Assembly: GCA_963739455.1 (NCBI GenBank)
Contig: CAVUAK010000001.1
Coordinates: 1,856,001 to 1,920,000 of the forward strand
Origin: an uncultured Gemmatimonadales bacterium
Lineage (GTDB): Bacteria > Gemmatimonadota > Gemmatimonadetes > Gemmatimonadales > GWC2-71-9
Direction of reading: 5' to 3'
Length of the DNA: 64,000 nucleotides
In this document: piece after piece, positions 1 to 15,029 of the stretch
Position numbering within the stretch: the first letter of the stretch is position 1
How the letters are laid out: each line of letters begins with the position of its first letter
Made by a program: the position numbers and the translations under genes
The notes under the pieces: model-generated
Databases searched by the model: none
What the model was told of the DNA's origin: nothing
What the model saw: only the letters and a program-made list of their open reading frames with translations

Positions 1-66
1 TCCGGCACCGGCCGGATCGACATCGATACCGGCTCGGGTGACGTGAAGCTCCTGAAGCGGCCGTGA
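1..66 (+). CDS. 3' end of a gene cut by the window edge, possibly a DUF4097-type beta-repeat protein
   Basis: Frame 1 reads SGTGRIDIDTGSGDVKLLKRP*; the I-x-T-G-S-G-D-V motif is typical of DUF4097 repeats; only 21 codons are visible. Confidence 0.45.
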   Translation, partial: SGTGRIDIDTGSGDVKLLKRP

Positions 67-70
67 GCCC

Positions 71-1372
71 TTACGGGGACTTGTAGACCGTCCCGTTCTT
101 CATCACCCACACGACCCGCTCGATGGCGCTGAAGTCATCGAGCGGGTTTCCATTTACGGCGATGATGTCGGCGAAGGCCCTGGGCTTGATGACGCCCAGC
201 TCGTTCTCGAACCCGAGCAGCCGCGCATCGTTGACGGTCGCGGCCTGCAGCACCTGCACCGGTGTGAGTCCCGCCTGGATGTAGGCGAAGAGCACGCGCT
301 TGGCGGCCGCACCCTGCGCGGTGCCGAGCGCGATGTACATGTCCGATCCTGCCGATATCGGTACTCCAGCCTTCACGGCACGCATGAGGCGCTCGCGCTC
401 CGAGTTCATGTAGGCCACGAAGCCCTGGGGCAGCGGCCCCTGCATGCCGGCCGCCTTTGCGTAGGCCACGGCTGTGAGCGTGTCGACGTCGGTCGGCGTC
501 AGGTAGACCCCCTTCTGCGCCATCATTCGGAACGTCGAGTCGGCGACCTCGTATCCGTGCTCGATCGAGTTCACGCCCGCCGCCGCGGCGCGCCATACCG
601 CGGCGTCGTCCGTCGCATGCGCCGCCACGCGCACGCCGAGGAGCTTCGCCGTGGCGACAATGGCCTCCAGCTCGGCGGATGACAGCACGCCGGGGTTTGG
701 CGTGTTGTTTGAGTAAACCTTGATGACCTGGGCACCCTGCGAGACGTTCTCCTGCACCGCGAGTGCTGCATCGGCTGGGCCACGGACGATGCGATACTCC
801 TCCTCGACGATCGACTGGTAGCCGGCCTGCACGCCGGGGAACTGTCCGCCCGGCGGTGAGAGGCCGGGACCCGAGACGATCATGCGTGGTCCGTCCACGC
901 TCCCGTCCCGGATTGCGGCGCGAAGGGCCACGTCACCGAAGCGGCCGGAGTTACCGAGGTCGCGGACCGTTGTGATCCCCGCCGCGAGGAACGTTCGAGC
1001 GCGTGCAGCCCCATGGAGAGCGCGGAGCGGCGTGCCCTCCATGGTGACTGCCTTGACCCCTTCCAGCGCACCGCCGTTCTTCGGGTCCTCGAGGTAGAGC
1101 AGGTGGGTGTGGGCGTCGATGAGGCCTGGGAGCACCGTGTATTTCGACAGGTCCACCACACGCGCACCCCTGGGCGTGGTCACCTTCGCGCCGACTTCCG
1201 CGATGCGGCCATTCACCACCAGGATCTCCTGCGGCCCCGACATCGTGCCATTCTCGCTGTCGAAGACACGCCCGGCCCGGATGACCATCGGCATCGTGTC
1301 GGGGGTGGTCTGGGCCGAAATGCTGCTTACACCGAGCAGCATGACGCTCAGCAACCCAATTGACGCTCGCAT
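71..1372 (-). CDS. Secreted metal-dependent amidohydrolase (Xaa-Pro dipeptidase-like)
   Basis: Signal peptide; PGLIDAHTH metal motif, GITTVRDLG, VAAHA, SIEHG, AGSD, ADIIAVNGNPL. Confidence 0.88.
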   Translation of the reverse strand: MRASIGLLSVMLLGVSSISAQTTPDTMPMVIRAGRVFDSENGTMSGPQEILVVNGRIAEVGAKVTTPRGARVVDLSKYTVLPGLIDAHTHLLYLEDPKNGGALEGVKAVTMEGTPLRALHGAARARTFLAAGITTVRDLGNSGRFGDVALRAAIRDGSVDGPRMIVSGPGLSPPGGQFPGVQAGYQSIVEEEYRIVRGPADAALAVQENVSQGAQVIKVYSNNTPNPGVLSSAELEAIVATAKLLGVRVAAHATDDAAVWRAAAAGVNSIEHGYEVADSTFRMMAQKGVYLTPTDVDTLTAVAYAKAAGMQGPLPQGFVAYMNSERERLMRAVKAGVPISAGSDMYIALGTAQGAAAKRVLFAYIQAGLTPVQVLQAATVNDARLLGFENELGVIKPRAFADIIAVNGNPLDDFSAIERVVWVMKNGTVYKSP

Positions 1373-1399
1373 GGTACCTCCCTTTTCCCTGTTCCCGGT

Positions 1400-3064
1400 T
1401 CACCGCCGTTCAAACACCGTCTTTCCACCCAGTACTGTCCGCATCACCCGTGCTTCGAGGATGCTCGAAGCCGGCACTGTCATGATGTCCTGGTCGAGGA
1501 TCACGAAGTCGGCATACTTGCCGACCGATAGACTCCCCACCTCGTTCTCCATGAAGGACGCATGGGCGGGCCACATCGTCATGCCGAGCAGTGCTTCCTC
1601 GCGGGTGAGCCGCTGTGCAGGGAACCAGCCGCCATCAGGATGGTTCTCCGCATCCTGCCGCGTGACAAACGCGTGGAAGGACACGAGCGGGTTGATCGAC
1701 TCCACCGGGGCATCGGAGCCGTTGGGAATGATGACGCCGGTATTTCTCAGCGAACGCCAGGCGTATGCGCCAAGCACCCGTTCCGGGCCAATCCGTGTGG
1801 TCACCCATGCCATGTCGCTCGTCTGGTGGCTGCCCTGCATTGACGGAATCACGCCAAGCTGCGCGAAACGCGGAATGTCCTCCGGGGCGAGTACCTGCGC
1901 GTGCTCCACACGCAGGCGATAGTCCGCCGCTGGCACCTGCTTCAGCGCGGCGGCATAGGTGTCCAGCACCACGCGATTCGCGCGGTCTCCAATGGCATGG
2001 ATCGCCATCTGGTAGCCGGCCCGCAGTGCGCGCAGGACCACCTGTGCCATTTGCTCCGGCGGGATGCGGTAATGGCCGGTGTTCCCCGGGTCATCGCTGT
2101 ACGGCTCGAGCAGCGCCGCCCCCCGACTGCCCAGCGCACCATCAAGCTCGATCTTCACCGCCCGGACCCAGAGGTGCCCGTCGTAGAGTCCGATGCGCGG
2201 CTTCTGCGCCAGTTGTGCCGCGAGGAAGCTGCCTGTGTCGCTCTCGGCGAGGATCATGAGATAGCTGCGAAGATTGAACCGGCCTTCTCGGGCGAGGCTT
2301 TCGTACGTCTGGAGATCCAGGGCCTCGATCCCGGGGTCGTGGATGCCGGTCAAGCCAAAGCGATTCGCCTCAGCGATGGCCGGAAGGGTCTCGGCGCGCC
2401 TCGTCTCCACGTCATCGGCAGGGATGACGCGTTCGACCAGCTGGAATGCCACGTCGATCAGCACACCAGTTGGTTCACCGTTCGCGTCGCGGACGATGCG
2501 GCCACCTGGTGGATCGGGCGTGTTCCGCGTGATGCCCGCTGCCCGCAATGCCGCCCCGTTCACCAGGGCGGCATGGCCATCGACCCGCCGGAGATACACC
2601 GGGTTCCCAGGGGTGGCCAGGGAGAGCGCAGCGTTGTTCGGGAAGTCGGTGCCCCAGAGGTTCTGGTCCCAGCCGCGTCCACGAATCCACGTTCCCGGGG
2701 CCGCATGCGTTGCCTTGGCGGCGACCAGCGTCACCAGGGAGTCGTAGGAGGGAACGCCGCGCAAGTCGAGCGTGGCAAGGATGAGGCTGAGGTTGCGGAG
2801 GTGTGCGTGAGCGTCGATGAAACCGGGGTAGAGCGGACGGCCACCGGCATCGATCCGAACGGTGGCTGGTGCAGTGAGCGCCGCCGCCCCCGCGTTCGAG
2901 CCAACGAACACGATCCGGTCACCGCGCACCGCCAGTGCCTCAGCGCGCGGCTGCGCGGAATCGGCGGTGTAGATGATGGCATTGGTGACGACGAGATCGG
3001 CTGGATGGGACTGGGCAACGAGCAGCGCGGGAAGGAGCGCTGCGGCAAAAGCGAGTCGGATCAC
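1400..3064 (-). CDS. Amidohydrolase_3 / YtcJ-like protein
   Basis: PGFIDAHAH, RVDGHAALVN, KIELDGALGSRGA, HAIGDRA, RVEHAQ, GSDAPV; GTG start chosen before the signal peptide IRLAFAAALLPALLVAQ. Confidence 0.88.
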   Translation of the reverse strand: MIRLAFAAALLPALLVAQSHPADLVVTNAIIYTADSAQPRAEALAVRGDRIVFVGSNAGAAALTAPATVRIDAGGRPLYPGFIDAHAHLRNLSLILATLDLRGVPSYDSLVTLVAAKATHAAPGTWIRGRGWDQNLWGTDFPNNAALSLATPGNPVYLRRVDGHAALVNGAALRAAGITRNTPDPPGGRIVRDANGEPTGVLIDVAFQLVERVIPADDVETRRAETLPAIAEANRFGLTGIHDPGIEALDLQTYESLAREGRFNLRSYLMILAESDTGSFLAAQLAQKPRIGLYDGHLWVRAVKIELDGALGSRGAALLEPYSDDPGNTGHYRIPPEQMAQVVLRALRAGYQMAIHAIGDRANRVVLDTYAAALKQVPAADYRLRVEHAQVLAPEDIPRFAQLGVIPSMQGSHQTSDMAWVTTRIGPERVLGAYAWRSLRNTGVIIPNGSDAPVESINPLVSFHAFVTRQDAENHPDGGWFPAQRLTREEALLGMTMWPAHASFMENEVGSLSVGKYADFVILDQDIMTVPASSILEARVMRTVLGGKTVFERR

Positions 3065-3107
3065 CTGTTCCCTGTTCCCTCTTCCCGCAGTTGTAGTTCC
3101 CGCAGGT

Positions 3108-3665
3108 TCAGGCCAGTCCCAGTGCCTCGCCGTACGCCATGCCCTGCGACATGCGGTCGTAGATCGCACCGAGGGTTTCCGGGGCGCCCGCCAGGAACCG
3201 AGCCCGCGGATCTCCCCTGGAGGGACACTCAACCTGCATCACTGCCGTGACCTGGCCTGACAGCCTGCCAAAGAACTCGGCGAGCATGCCGCAACTCACG
3301 TGGCAGGAGGGATACTCGCTGGAACCGGGTTCACCTGCCTCGGCCCACTCGATGGCGTCGAGGGCGAGCACGGCATCGCCGAGTGGGCGCGCCGTAAGCG
3401 GCCCCCAGCCGATTTCGGAGAAGAAGCGCGAAAGCACCTCGCTCAGGAACGCCTGGTCGAGGTCGCCCGGGTCGCCGAGCTGGTAAGTCTCCTTGAGCCA
3501 GGCTGCATAGGCGGCGTACAGCTCTGCACCCCCGGCAAACCCTGCTTCCTGCAGATAGGCGGCCGTCTGGACGCCCACCTCGCGATCGAGGGTGGCGCGA
3601 AGCTGCTGGAAGAAGCGGCGGCCGATGCCGACGCAGTGGCTGGAGGCGAGGAAGTTTGGATTCAT
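3108..3665 (-). CDS. Stand-alone V4R-domain protein
   Basis: GWG motif followed by SCHVSCGMLAEFF...QVECPSRGD, the V4R pattern. Confidence 0.72.
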   Translation of the reverse strand: MNPNFLASSHCVGIGRRFFQQLRATLDREVGVQTAAYLQEAGFAGGAELYAAYAAWLKETYQLGDPGDLDQAFLSEVLSRFFSEIGWGPLTARPLGDAVLALDAIEWAEAGEPGSSEYPSCHVSCGMLAEFFGRLSGQVTAVMQVECPSRGDPRARFLAGAPETLGAIYDRMSQGMAYGEALGLA

Positions 3666-3684
3666 GTTGGATTCGAGTGGGAGT

Positions 3685-6524
<2,840 letters not shown>

Positions 6525-6674
6525 ACGTAATCATGACAACGGTGTAGGGCCACGGGGACCTGTGGTCGCTTGGAGGGTTGGGAATCTGGCGGTAGGTTCA
6601 TTCAGCAAGGCCGGTTGCGCGGAGGGCGGAGACACCGTTCTCGGGCTGCGTCCGGGGCAGCAGGAGGAGGTCGC

Positions 6675-6923
6675 ATGTTCGATCGTGAAGAATCAGACGG
6701 CGGTGGCAGCTTTGCCGCGGGGTTGCTCGTTGGGGCGCTGGTCGGTGCCGGCCTGGCGCTCCTCTTCGCCCCGGAGAAGGGTGAGTCAGTGCGTCGCAAG
6801 CTCGGCAAGAAGGCCCGCCGCGTGAGCGAGTCGGCCCGTGAAGTGGTGGAAGATGCGGCGGAAGAGGTGCGGGACGAGGTGGCGCGTCGTCGTCGCGAGA
6901 TTGCCCGGAACCTGGGCGTGTGA
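6675..6923 (+). CDS. YtxH-domain protein
   Basis: FAAGLLVGALVGAGLALLFAPEKGESVRRKL signature; GGAGG RBS before ATG 6675. Confidence 0.85.
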   Translation: MFDREESDGGGSFAAGLLVGALVGAGLALLFAPEKGESVRRKLGKKARRVSESAREVVEDAAEEVRDEVARRRREIARNLGV

Positions 6924-6969
6924 AGACCAGCCGGGGCGGCAGGCGCCGTCCCGGGCCGCACCGCGCCGG

Positions 6970-7749
6970 CTACTTCTTGCCGGCGATCTTCGTCAGCATC
7001 GCGGCGGCATCCCGCTTGTACATCGGGTCGCCGACGTCCTGGACGGGCAGGGTCGCGATCATCTCGAACTGTTCCCGCGCCCCGGCGTAGTTCCCGACAT
7101 CGACGTATACCAGGCCCAGGTCCAGCCGGTGGTAGATCCAGGTCGGGTTGAGCGACACGGCGCGCTGCAGGTACTTCTGCGCGTTGTCCCAGCTGGCCTG
7201 GCTGAATGCGCTCCCACCCATGAATGACTTGGCAAAGAAGCGCTCCACGCTCGACAGGCGCATGATCTCGGCATTCCAGCGGCCCAGCACGTGATAGGCG
7301 CCGTCGTGCGACTGGTCGAGGCCGATCGCCGTCAGCGCATCCTGCTGGATCTCTACTGCACGCTTGACACGTTCCTTCCGGCTCTTGGTCAGCGCGGCAC
7401 GCCCGATGGCATTCGCGAGGACGAACCACGCATCCGCGCTCTTGGGCGCGAGAATGACGGCGCGCTGGGCCAGCACCTCGGCCCGGTCATAGAGTGAGTC
7501 GCGTTCCGGGCTGGGGACCGAATCGGGGGTGAGCTTGCCCATGTCGATCAGGGTGAGCGCGGCCTTCCAGTACGCGGTGCCGTTCATCGAGTCGGCGGCG
7601 ATGGCTGCCTTGTACGCCGCGAGCGCGGCGGGAGGGTCGAGCGCCGCGCGCGCGGCATCGCCCCGGGCAATGTCGGCGGCTTCCGTCTGGGCTGCGACAG
7701 GAGCGGCGGCGAGTACAGTGAGCAACGCCAGCAGGCCGGCAGGGCGCAT
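6970..7749 (-). CDS. Secreted TPR-like protein
   Basis: Signal peptide MRPAGLLALLTVLAAAPVAAQ; TPR-like helical repeats (A...A...L.P); 3' part of the 705-aa track ORF. Confidence 0.75.
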   Translation of the reverse strand: MRPAGLLALLTVLAAAPVAAQTEAADIARGDAARAALDPPAALAAYKAAIAADSMNGTAYWKAALTLIDMGKLTPDSVPSPERDSLYDRAEVLAQRAVILAPKSADAWFVLANAIGRAALTKSRKERVKRAVEIQQDALTAIGLDQSHDGAYHVLGRWNAEIMRLSSVERFFAKSFMGGSAFSQASWDNAQKYLQRAVSLNPTWIYHRLDLGLVYVDVGNYAGAREQFEMIATLPVQDVGDPMYKRDAAAMLTKIAGKK

Positions 7750-7797
7750 CCGAGAGATCTCCATGGGGAGGACCGCGATGGGGCTGGGCAGCACTGA

Positions 7798-9123
7798 ATG
7801 GTGATTGCGCCACTGATCGAGCGCAAGCGAGATGGTTTCGCGCTGGCCCCCGAGGAGTGGCGCGCGATCATTCATGCCTTCGCCCAGGGCGAACTTCCGG
7901 ACTACCAGATGTCGGCCCTGGCCATGGCGGTGGTATGGCGTGGGCTCGAACCGGCCGAGCTCACGGCCCTCACGGACGCCATGCTCGACTCCGGTGACCG
8001 ACTCCGCTGGGATGCCCTTCCGGTGCCGCGGGTGGACAAGCACTCGACTGGTGGCGTCGGGGACAACACGTCCCTGCTCCTGGTGCCCATGGTGGCGGCG
8101 GTGGGCGTCGCCGTGCCGATGATGTCGGGCCGGGCGCTGGGCCATACCGGCGGCACGCTCGACAAGCTCGAGGCGATCGCCGGCTTCCGCACCCGCCTGA
8201 CGCTGCGCGAAGCCGAGGCCCAGGTGCAGCGCATCGGCTGTGTCATGCTGGGCCAGACCCATGAAATCGCACCAGCTGATGGACGCCTCTACGCGCTGCG
8301 CGACGTGACCGGCACGGTCGAATCGATTCCGCTCATCGCGGCGAGCATCATGTCCAAGAAGCTGGCGGAGGGACTCTCCGGGCTGGTCCTCGACGTGAAG
8401 CGGGGCAGTGGAGCCTTCATCCCGAGGCTGGAAAGTGCGCTGGAACTCGCGCAGACGATGATCGGCCTGGGTGATGCTCATGGCTGCCACACGGTGGCAC
8501 TGCTCACGGCGATGGACAGGCCGCTCGGGTATGCGTGTGGCAACGCCCTCGAGGTAGAGGAGGCCATCGCGGGCCTGCAGGGCAGCGGGCCTGCGGACCT
8601 CATGGAGGTGACCTACGCACTGGGGGTGGAAATGCTGCTGGCGACGGGTACGGAGGTTAACCGCTCTACAGCGAACACCCGCCTGCACGGGGCGGTCAGC
8701 AGCGGCGCCGCGCTCGACAAGCTCCGTCTGATGATCGAGGCACAGGGCGGCAACCCTGCCATCGTGGATGACCCGGGTGTCCTGCCCCAGGCGCGCCACA
8801 GCGAGGTCTGGGAATCGCCGCAGGACGGCTTGGTGAGCGAGGTCGTGCCTCGCGAGATCGGCCGCGCGATCAACGCGATGGGCGGCGGGCGACAGCGGGT
8901 CACCGATCACGTCGACCCGTCGGTCGGGTTCCACATCACGGTGAAGCCAGGCCAGCGGGTGGAGCGCGGCCAGCCGCTCGCCACGATCCACGCGCGGGAC
9001 GAGCATGGCCTCGGAGTCGCTCGCGCGGCGCTCGCCAGTGCCATCCGGTTCGGCGAGACGGCAGATCCCCTGCCGCTCATCTCGCACCGCGTCACCCTGA
9101 CAGGCGTGGAGGCGTTGGCATGA
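7798..9123 (+). CDS. deoA: Thymidine / pyrimidine-nucleoside phosphorylase
   Basis: DKHSTGGVGD, MSGRALGHTGGTLDKLE, LIAASIMSKKLAEG, LDVKRGSGAF. Confidence 0.93.
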   Translation: MVIAPLIERKRDGFALAPEEWRAIIHAFAQGELPDYQMSALAMAVVWRGLEPAELTALTDAMLDSGDRLRWDALPVPRVDKHSTGGVGDNTSLLLVPMVAAVGVAVPMMSGRALGHTGGTLDKLEAIAGFRTRLTLREAEAQVQRIGCVMLGQTHEIAPADGRLYALRDVTGTVESIPLIAASIMSKKLAEGLSGLVLDVKRGSGAFIPRLESALELAQTMIGLGDAHGCHTVALLTAMDRPLGYACGNALEVEEAIAGLQGSGPADLMEVTYALGVEMLLATGTEVNRSTANTRLHGAVSSGAALDKLRLMIEAQGGNPAIVDDPGVLPQARHSEVWESPQDGLVSEVVPREIGRAINAMGGGRQRVTDHVDPSVGFHITVKPGQRVERGQPLATIHARDEHGLGVARAALASAIRFGETADPLPLISHRVTLTGVEALA

Positions 9124-9347
9124 CCATCAGCTCACCCTGGTATGGCCTCCTCGCCGGCGTTGCATTTGTGTTCTGGCTGGTACAGCGACGCCGTCGGCAC
9201 CGGGTGCCTGGCGGTCCCATCATTCATCGGGCGGAACTCGAGCAGGCGGAGCGGGAGGTGCAGGCGATGGGCGCGCAGGACAGGGTGCCGCTGGACGAGA
9301 GGGACCACTGGGGGCCCGGCGCTCCCCGGCCGCCCATCCGGCTTTGA
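9120..9347 (+). CDS. Small single-TM hypothetical protein
   Basis: ATGA overlap with the upstream stop; hydrophobic N-terminus followed by RRRRHR. Confidence 0.6.
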   Translation: MTISSPWYGLLAGVAFVFWLVQRRRRHRVPGGPIIHRAELEQAEREVQAMGAQDRVPLDERDHWGPGAPRPPIRL

Positions 9348-9348
9348 T

Positions 9349-9780
9349 CTAGGTCAGGGATACTTCCGGGCCGAAGGTCTCGATGAGGTCGTCGTCGTAC
9401 CGGTCGGCGAGGCGCGCGGTCTGGGTTACCAGTTCGAGCAGTTCCGGCTCCTCGACATCAGCGCAGAAACGGCCCGCCCCGAGCCAGACACAGTCGTTCT
9501 CGTCCACGGAGAACGCCGCGTAGTTCCCCAGGTCGTGATTGAGGCTGAGCAGGGTGCGGAGGAGGGTCTCCCGCCCGCGCTGCGGCAGCTTCACCACCCG
9601 GAACTTCACGTGCAGGAAGGGGTCGGCCTCGGGTTCAGTTGCGCCAAGGATCGCCACGTAGCCGGTCACCGAGCCGCGGTGCACCACCCATGCGTCGTCA
9701 CCGAGCGAGAGCTTGCCCGGGTCCTCACCGAGCCCGGTCAGGAGCTCGGGGATCTTCAGCCGGAGCGTGGCGACATCCAC
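9349..9780 (-). CDS. YbjN / CesT-like (T3SS-chaperone-fold) protein
   Basis: About 143 aa starting just after the gyrB stop; WVVHRGS...LLRTLLSLNH...AAFSVD...ADRYDDDL pattern. Confidence 0.65.
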   Translation of the reverse strand: MDVATLRLKIPELLTGLGEDPGKLSLGDDAWVVHRGSVTGYVAILGATEPEADPFLHVKFRVVKLPQRGRETLLRTLLSLNHDLGNYAAFSVDENDCVWLGAGRFCADVEEPELLELVTQTARLADRYDDDLIETFGPEVSLT

Positions 9781-9781
9781 C

Positions 9782-11717
<1,936 letters not shown>

Positions 11718-11725
11718 GTCTCCAG

Positions 11726-12071
11726 CTATGGTAAGGGTCTCATGCCGGGACCCGCGGCGATCCAGCGGATGCCCGCGAATCCGTCCCTGACGTCCTGCAT
11801 TGAGCCGCGCGATGATCTGTGGTGTCATGAGGCTCAGCTCGTTGGCCCACGCGGCCGTCGTTACGCGCACCCGCAGCAGGCCATCGGGTGTGATCGACTC
11901 CGCCTCCGTCACCGCCGCGATCTGCTCACCCACAAGGCGGGGCCATTCAACGATCACGGTGGCCTGCGCCACCCGCGCCCCGATACCGGTGCGACCGAGC
12001 CAGGCTGCAACCGCGTCGCCGATCGGTGCCGGCGCGCGCTTGCGGGAACCCCTCGCTTCATCGTCGCTCAT
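11726..12071 (-). CDS. DUF721 / DciA family protein (one +1 frameshift near 11773)
   Basis: W..LVGEQIA...L.V.V...AWANEL motif; recF-DUF721-gyrB synteny; removing one G restores [18 protein letters not shown]. Confidence 0.8.
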
Positions 12072-13156
12072 GCCGACTCCCCGCCACGTGTGGCCCGGCC
12101 GCCGTTCATTTCCCACCGCGGGAGCTCGAGTTGCCGCGGCAATTCATCGCTCCGCGGCGCCGTCACGAAGAGCTGCCGTGCTCCATCGCGCGTGAGCCGC
12201 ATGGCCAGCCGCCGCTGCCGTTCCGAGTCGAGCTCCGCGAATACGTCATCCATCAGCAGCGCCGGCTCCATGCCGCGGCGCTCGCGGAGCGTGCCGAGTT
12301 CCAGCAGCTTGAGCGCGATGGCGGCGCTGCGGAGCTGGCCGGTGGAGCCGTACACCCGCAGCGGCTGGCCATCGATCGCGAGCGCGACGTCATCGCGATG
12401 GGGACCAACGGTGGTAATGCCGCGCGCCCTGTCCGTCGCGAAACTGCGAGTAAAGGCATCGTGCCATGCCCCCGGCTCGGACAACTCGGGGCGACCGGCA
12501 TACTCCAGCGTCGCGTGTCCCGATTCGTTGAGCCCCGCCAGTTCGTCGGCGAATGCCCCACCTGCGCCGGCAGCCCACGCAACACGGCGCTCCACGAGCA
12601 GCGCCCCTTCCGCCGTCAGGATCGGCTCACAGGCCCGGGCGACGTCGCCCTGCTGCTGTCGCAGCGCCGCGTTCCGGCGGGACAAGGCGCCGCGATATCG
12701 CAACAGCGCCCGCAGGTACGCCGGCTCGGCCAGTGACAGCATCCGGTCGAGAAAACGTCGCCGACCGGCGGCCGGTCCCCCAGCCAGCTCCACGTCGCCG
12801 GGAAGGAACACCACCGCGAGCCAGCGGCCGATCGCGGCGGTGAGTCGTCGCTCCTCGACGTTGTCGACGGCAATCCGCTTCTTCCGGCCCGATGCCAGGA
12901 AGGTGGCGGTCAGCGATCCCGTCGCCTCACCGTCGAACACCGCCTCGACGTGGAACCCCGTTCCGTTGAACGCGACCAGTTCCGAATCGGTCGCCCCGCG
13001 AAAGGACCGGAGCAGGACCGGGTAGTACGCCGCCTCGAGGAGATTGGTCTTTCCCTGGCCGTTCTGCCCTACAAGGGCGAACCCCCCTGACGGCACTTCC
13101 AGCTCGCCGTCCGCCAGGTTGCGGAAGCCACGGATCGCGAGGCGGGAAAGCCTCAC
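12068..13156 (-). CDS. recF: DNA replication/repair protein RecF
   Basis: [46 protein letters not shown]. Confidence 0.95.
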   Translation of the reverse strand: MRLSRLAIRGFRNLADGELEVPSGGFALVGQNGQGKTNLLEAAYYPVLLRSFRGATDSELVAFNGTGFHVEAVFDGEATGSLTATFLASGRKKRIAVDNVEERRLTAAIGRWLAVVFLPGDVELAGGPAAGRRRFLDRMLSLAEPAYLRALLRYRGALSRRNAALRQQQGDVARACEPILTAEGALLVERRVAWAAGAGGAFADELAGLNESGHATLEYAGRPELSEPGAWHDAFTRSFATDRARGITTVGPHRDDVALAIDGQPLRVYGSTGQLRSAAIALKLLELGTLRERRGMEPALLMDDVFAELDSERQRRLAMRLTRDGARQLFVTAPRSDELPRQLELPRWEMNGGRATRGGESA

Positions 13157-13192
13157 AAAAATAGTCGGTTGGGGGAGGGTGTTGCAGGCCTG

Positions 13193-13976
13193 TCAGTGAC
13201 CTTCAAAGGCGGGCTTCCGCTTCTCGAGGAAAGCGCGGGTTCCCTCGCGCATGTCGTCGGTGGAGGAGAGCAAGCCGAACAGGTTGGCCTCGAGCAGGAG
13301 GGCATCCTCCTGGCTCATCTCGTAGCCGGCGTCAACCGCCTCGAGCACTGACCGCACGCGCGAGCGGGCCTTGCTCCATGATGCCCCGCACCAGTGCCTC
13401 GGCGTCACTGAGAAGCCGGTCGGCAGGCACGACTCGACTCACCAGCCCGATGCGCAGTGCCTCGGCGGCGTCGATGATCGCGCCGGTCAAGAGGAGCTCC
13501 AGGGCCCGCCCCTTTCCGACAATGCGCGGCAGTCGCACGGTGCCGCCGTATCCGGGAAGGAGGCCCAGTTTCACCTCCGGCTGGCCGAACTTGGCCGTAT
13601 CGCTCGCGATCCTGATGTGGCATGCCATCGCCAGCTCGCAGCCGCCGCCCAGGGCAAAACCATTGACCGCCGCCACCACCGGCTTGTTCAGTCGCTCGAA
13701 GGCGCGGAACACCAGTTGACCGGCGCGTGCCCGCGCCTTGCCGTCCATCGGGCCCTGGGTGGTGAGCTCGCTGATATCGGCACCGGCAACGAACGCCTTG
13801 GGCCCCGCCCCGGTGAGGATTACGGCGTGCACTGCAGTGTCGGCCGCCACTGCCGCGGCCGCATCACCCAGCTCCCGGATGACGGTGCCATTCAGGGCGT
13901 TCAGCTTGTCGGGACGGTTGATCGTGACGCGGGCCAGGCCATCGGCCACATCGTAGAGGAGGGTCTCGTAAGCCAT
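13193..13976 (-). CDS. Enoyl-CoA hydratase/isomerase (one +1 frameshift near 13350)
   Basis: INRPDKLNAL, AFVAGADI, ALGGGCELAMAC, FGQPEVKLG; C-terminus DMREGTRAFLEKRKPAF lies in the adjacent frame. Confidence 0.9.
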
Positions 13977-14021
13977 GCCCAAACTTAATCGCGCTGAGCG
14001 CCAGGCCGCCTATCTTTGGGC

Positions 14022-15029
14022 ATGACGATTCCCGTGACCGTAGCATGGACGCCCGAGGGGCTGGTGGTGCTCGACCAGGCGCGCCTTCCGGGCGAAGAGG
14101 TGTATGTGACCCTGCGGACGGTGGCCGAGGTGGCCGACGCCATCCGCACCCTGCAGGTGCGCGGCGCGCCCCTGATCGGAATTGTGGGTGCCATGGGCGT
14201 GGCACTGGCCGCGCGCGAACCTGGCGACGAGTCCGCTGCCGCCGTGCGGAAGCGGGTGGATCGTGCCGGACGACTATTGGCGGCCACCAGGCCCACGGCG
14301 GTTAATCTCCGCTGGGCGATCGACCGGATGCTCGAAGTGACCAACCGGACGATGCCGGACGCGCGCCGCCTGACCGATTCACTGGTGGCGGAGGCCAAGG
14401 CGATCCATGACGAGGATCGCGCGATGTGCGACGCGATCGGTGAGCATGGGCTCGTGGTCGTCCCCGACGGCGCCATCGTGCTGACGCATTGCAATGCCGG
14501 CTCACTGGCGACCGGTGGCATCGGCACGGCGCTGGCGCCGGTATACCGTGCGCACCAGGCGGGTCGCAAGGTCCATGTCGTCGCCGACGAGACACGACCG
14601 GTGCTTCAGGGCGGTCGCCTCACCGCCTGGGAGCTCACCCGCGCCGGCGTTCCCTGTACGCTGATCGCAGACAGCATGGCCGCGAGCCGGCTCCGCAAGG
14701 GCGACGTGACCTGCGTCATCGTTGGCGCCGATCGGATCGCGGCCAACGGCGACACGGCCAACAAGATCGGCACCTATCCGCTGGCCCTCGCGGCCAGGGC
14801 GCACAACGTGCCGTTCTACGTCGCGGCGCCGCAGTCCACCTTCGACCTTGCGACCCCCAATGGCGCCGCGATTCCCATCGAGGAACGCCACGCCGATGAG
14901 ATCACGATGATCGGTGGTCGCCGGATTGCGCCCGACGGCGTGGCGGTGTGGAATCCGGCCTTCGACGTGACGCCCGCGTCGTTGATCACCGGGTTCATTA
15001 CCGATCGCGGTCTCCTGACGCGCCCGTGA
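14022..15029 (+). CDS. mtnA: S-methyl-5-thioribose-1-phosphate isomerase
   Basis: VRGAPLIG, TRPTAVNL, LTHCNAGSLAT, DETRPVLQG, VGADRIAANGDTANKIGTY, NPAFDVTP. Confidence 0.95.
   Translation: MTIPVTVAWTPEGLVVLDQARLPGEEVYVTLRTVAEVADAIRTLQVRGAPLIGIVGAMGVALAAREPGDESAAAVRKRVDRAGRLLAATRPTAVNLRWAIDRMLEVTNRTMPDARRLTDSLVAEAKAIHDEDRAMCDAIGEHGLVVVPDGAIVLTHCNAGSLATGGIGTALAPVYRAHQAGRKVHVVADETRPVLQGGRLTAWELTRAGVPCTLIADSMAASRLRKGDVTCVIVGADRIAANGDTANKIGTYPLALAARAHNVPFYVAAPQSTFDLATPNGAAIPIEERHADEITMIGGRRIAPDGVAVWNPAFDVTPASLITGFITDRGLLTRP

Noticed and set aside
6970..9087. 705-aa ORF as a single protein
   Set aside because: The 5' part is antisense to thymidine phosphorylase; only the last roughly 260 codons, starting at a signal peptide, look real.
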